Notes under the pieces: generated by a model | The model's database searches: none | Seen by the model: the letters and a program-made list of their open reading frames with translations, nothing else | Told to the model about the DNA's origin: nothing | From: a virus | Taxonomy: Duplodnaviria; Heunggongvirae; Uroviricota; Caudoviricetes | Strand: one strand, 5' to 3' | IMG/VR virus record: IMGVR_UViG_3300033120_000611 | DNA length: 62,993 nucleotides | Program-made: the position numbers and the translations under genes | Shown here: positions 62,477 through 62,993 of the stretch, piece after piece | How positions within the stretch are numbered: the first letter of the stretch is position 1 | Layout: each line of letters starts with the position of its first letter

Positions 62477-62549
62477 TGGAACCCCTAGGAGTCGAACCTA
62501 GATTGCCGGCTTTTCAAACCGGTGCATTGACCAACTCTGCCAGAGATCC
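62477..62549 (-). tRNA. tRNA-Phe(GAA)
   Basis: CCGGT-TTGAAAA-GCCGG; T-arm CTAGG-TTCGACT-CCTAG. Confidence 0.85.
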
Positions 62550-62556
62550 ATCAAGA

Positions 62557-62862
62557 TTAGTAGTTAGAATATACACTAAATTCATAATCTCTTTTTCTTA
62601 GATTACCATGCGTAACTTTGATTTTTGTCAAATCAAGAATATTTACACCATAATCTAGAGATACCTTAGACCCACTTAATATTTTACAATAGTCTACTAT
62701 TGCATCATGTATAGTTGAACCTGTACCATAAGATCCTATTGAAAGCCCTCCTTCAATCTTACTTAGATTTTTGATCATAACTTGATAACCCTTACGAGTA
62801 TCTTGCCATGTTTTAACTTCTATTTTTCTATTTACGAGAATAGATACTTCATGCAATGTCAT
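62557..62862 (-). CDS. Hypothetical protein
   Basis: ORF track. Confidence 0.55.
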   Translation of the reverse strand: MTLHEVSILVNRKIEVKTWQDTRKGYQVMIKNLSKIEGGLSIGSYGTGSTIHDAIVDYCKILSGSKVSLDYGVNILDLTKIKVTHGNLRKRDYEFSVYSNY

Positions 62863-62881
62863 TTTTAATAGTTTAAGTTAG

Positions 62882-62965
62882 CGGAAAGCTGAAGCCCTGA
62901 TCTCCTAACGTGTTATCGTCTCATCCCGTTAGCACCGGGAGCTAGCTCTTGCTAGTTAACCTTCC
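62882..62965 (-). tRNA. tRNA-Ser(GCU), atypical T-loop
   Basis: GGAAGGT/GCTTTCC, G73; TCCCG-GTGCTAA-CGGGA; long variable arm; T-loop ATCAGGG. Confidence 0.7.
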
Positions 62966-62993
62966 AAATTTTAGATGTATTGCGTACCAGAGT

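Noticed and set aside
52438-62965. Theta (HDV-like) ribozymes at tRNA 3' ends, as known from gut phages
   Set aside because: The trailers I read lack the HDV nested double-pseudoknot signature (P1 starting at the cleavage G, UCC-CGY-type L3, catalytic C in J4/2).
1-62993. CRISPR array or long tandem DNA repeats
   Set aside because: No regularly spaced direct repeats were seen; the apparent repeats are tRNA T-arms.
62981-62993. Possible 3' end of another tRNA at the window edge (ACTCTGGTACGCA on the - strand)
   Set aside because: Only 13 nt are visible, too little to call.

Overview
The window looks like part of a lytic dsDNA phage genome of the Crassvirales type (crAss-like), infecting a Bacteroidota host. 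The assignment rests on a giant virion RNA polymerase with the GFRIPTQ...GSDFDIDK signature and on host-type TAnnTTTG promoters. The + strand (1-15.5 kb) carries a 5'-truncated virion RNAP (>3,398 aa) and a second large cargo protein. The - strand (16.4-63 kb) carries nucleotide metabolism genes (ThyX, dNMP kinase, class II RNR, MazG, UDG), replication genes (PolA, 5'-3' exonuclease, primase, DnaB-like and SF2 helicases, ligase), rIIA/rIIB, and an RNA-rich region with 17 intact tRNAs and a tmRNA. Four observations stand out. (1) An ADP-ribose/NAD+ block (35.7-41.2 kb) combines Prs-like and Nampt-like genes (NARP1-like pair), a macrodomain, and a WGR-helical-catalytic PARP whose frame is broken by one in-frame TGA. 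(2) A tRNA(CAU) gene is split at the anticodon loop by a 957-bp cassette with 3-bp direct repeats; the cassette carries an HNH endonuclease and its own intact tRNA(CAU). (3) A butt-joined ncRNA array at 49.5-50.4 kb contains a tmRNA with an atypical 28-aa tag ending -ERDLV, a tRNA-like RNA whose anticodon loop is replaced by an 86-nt domain, a 224-nt RNA with two potential pseudoknots, and a second tRNA-like RNA. (4) Several further closed-stem structured elements lie between tRNA genes. All protein calls are from motif recognition by eye and all RNA structures from manual pairing; no searches or folding programs were run.
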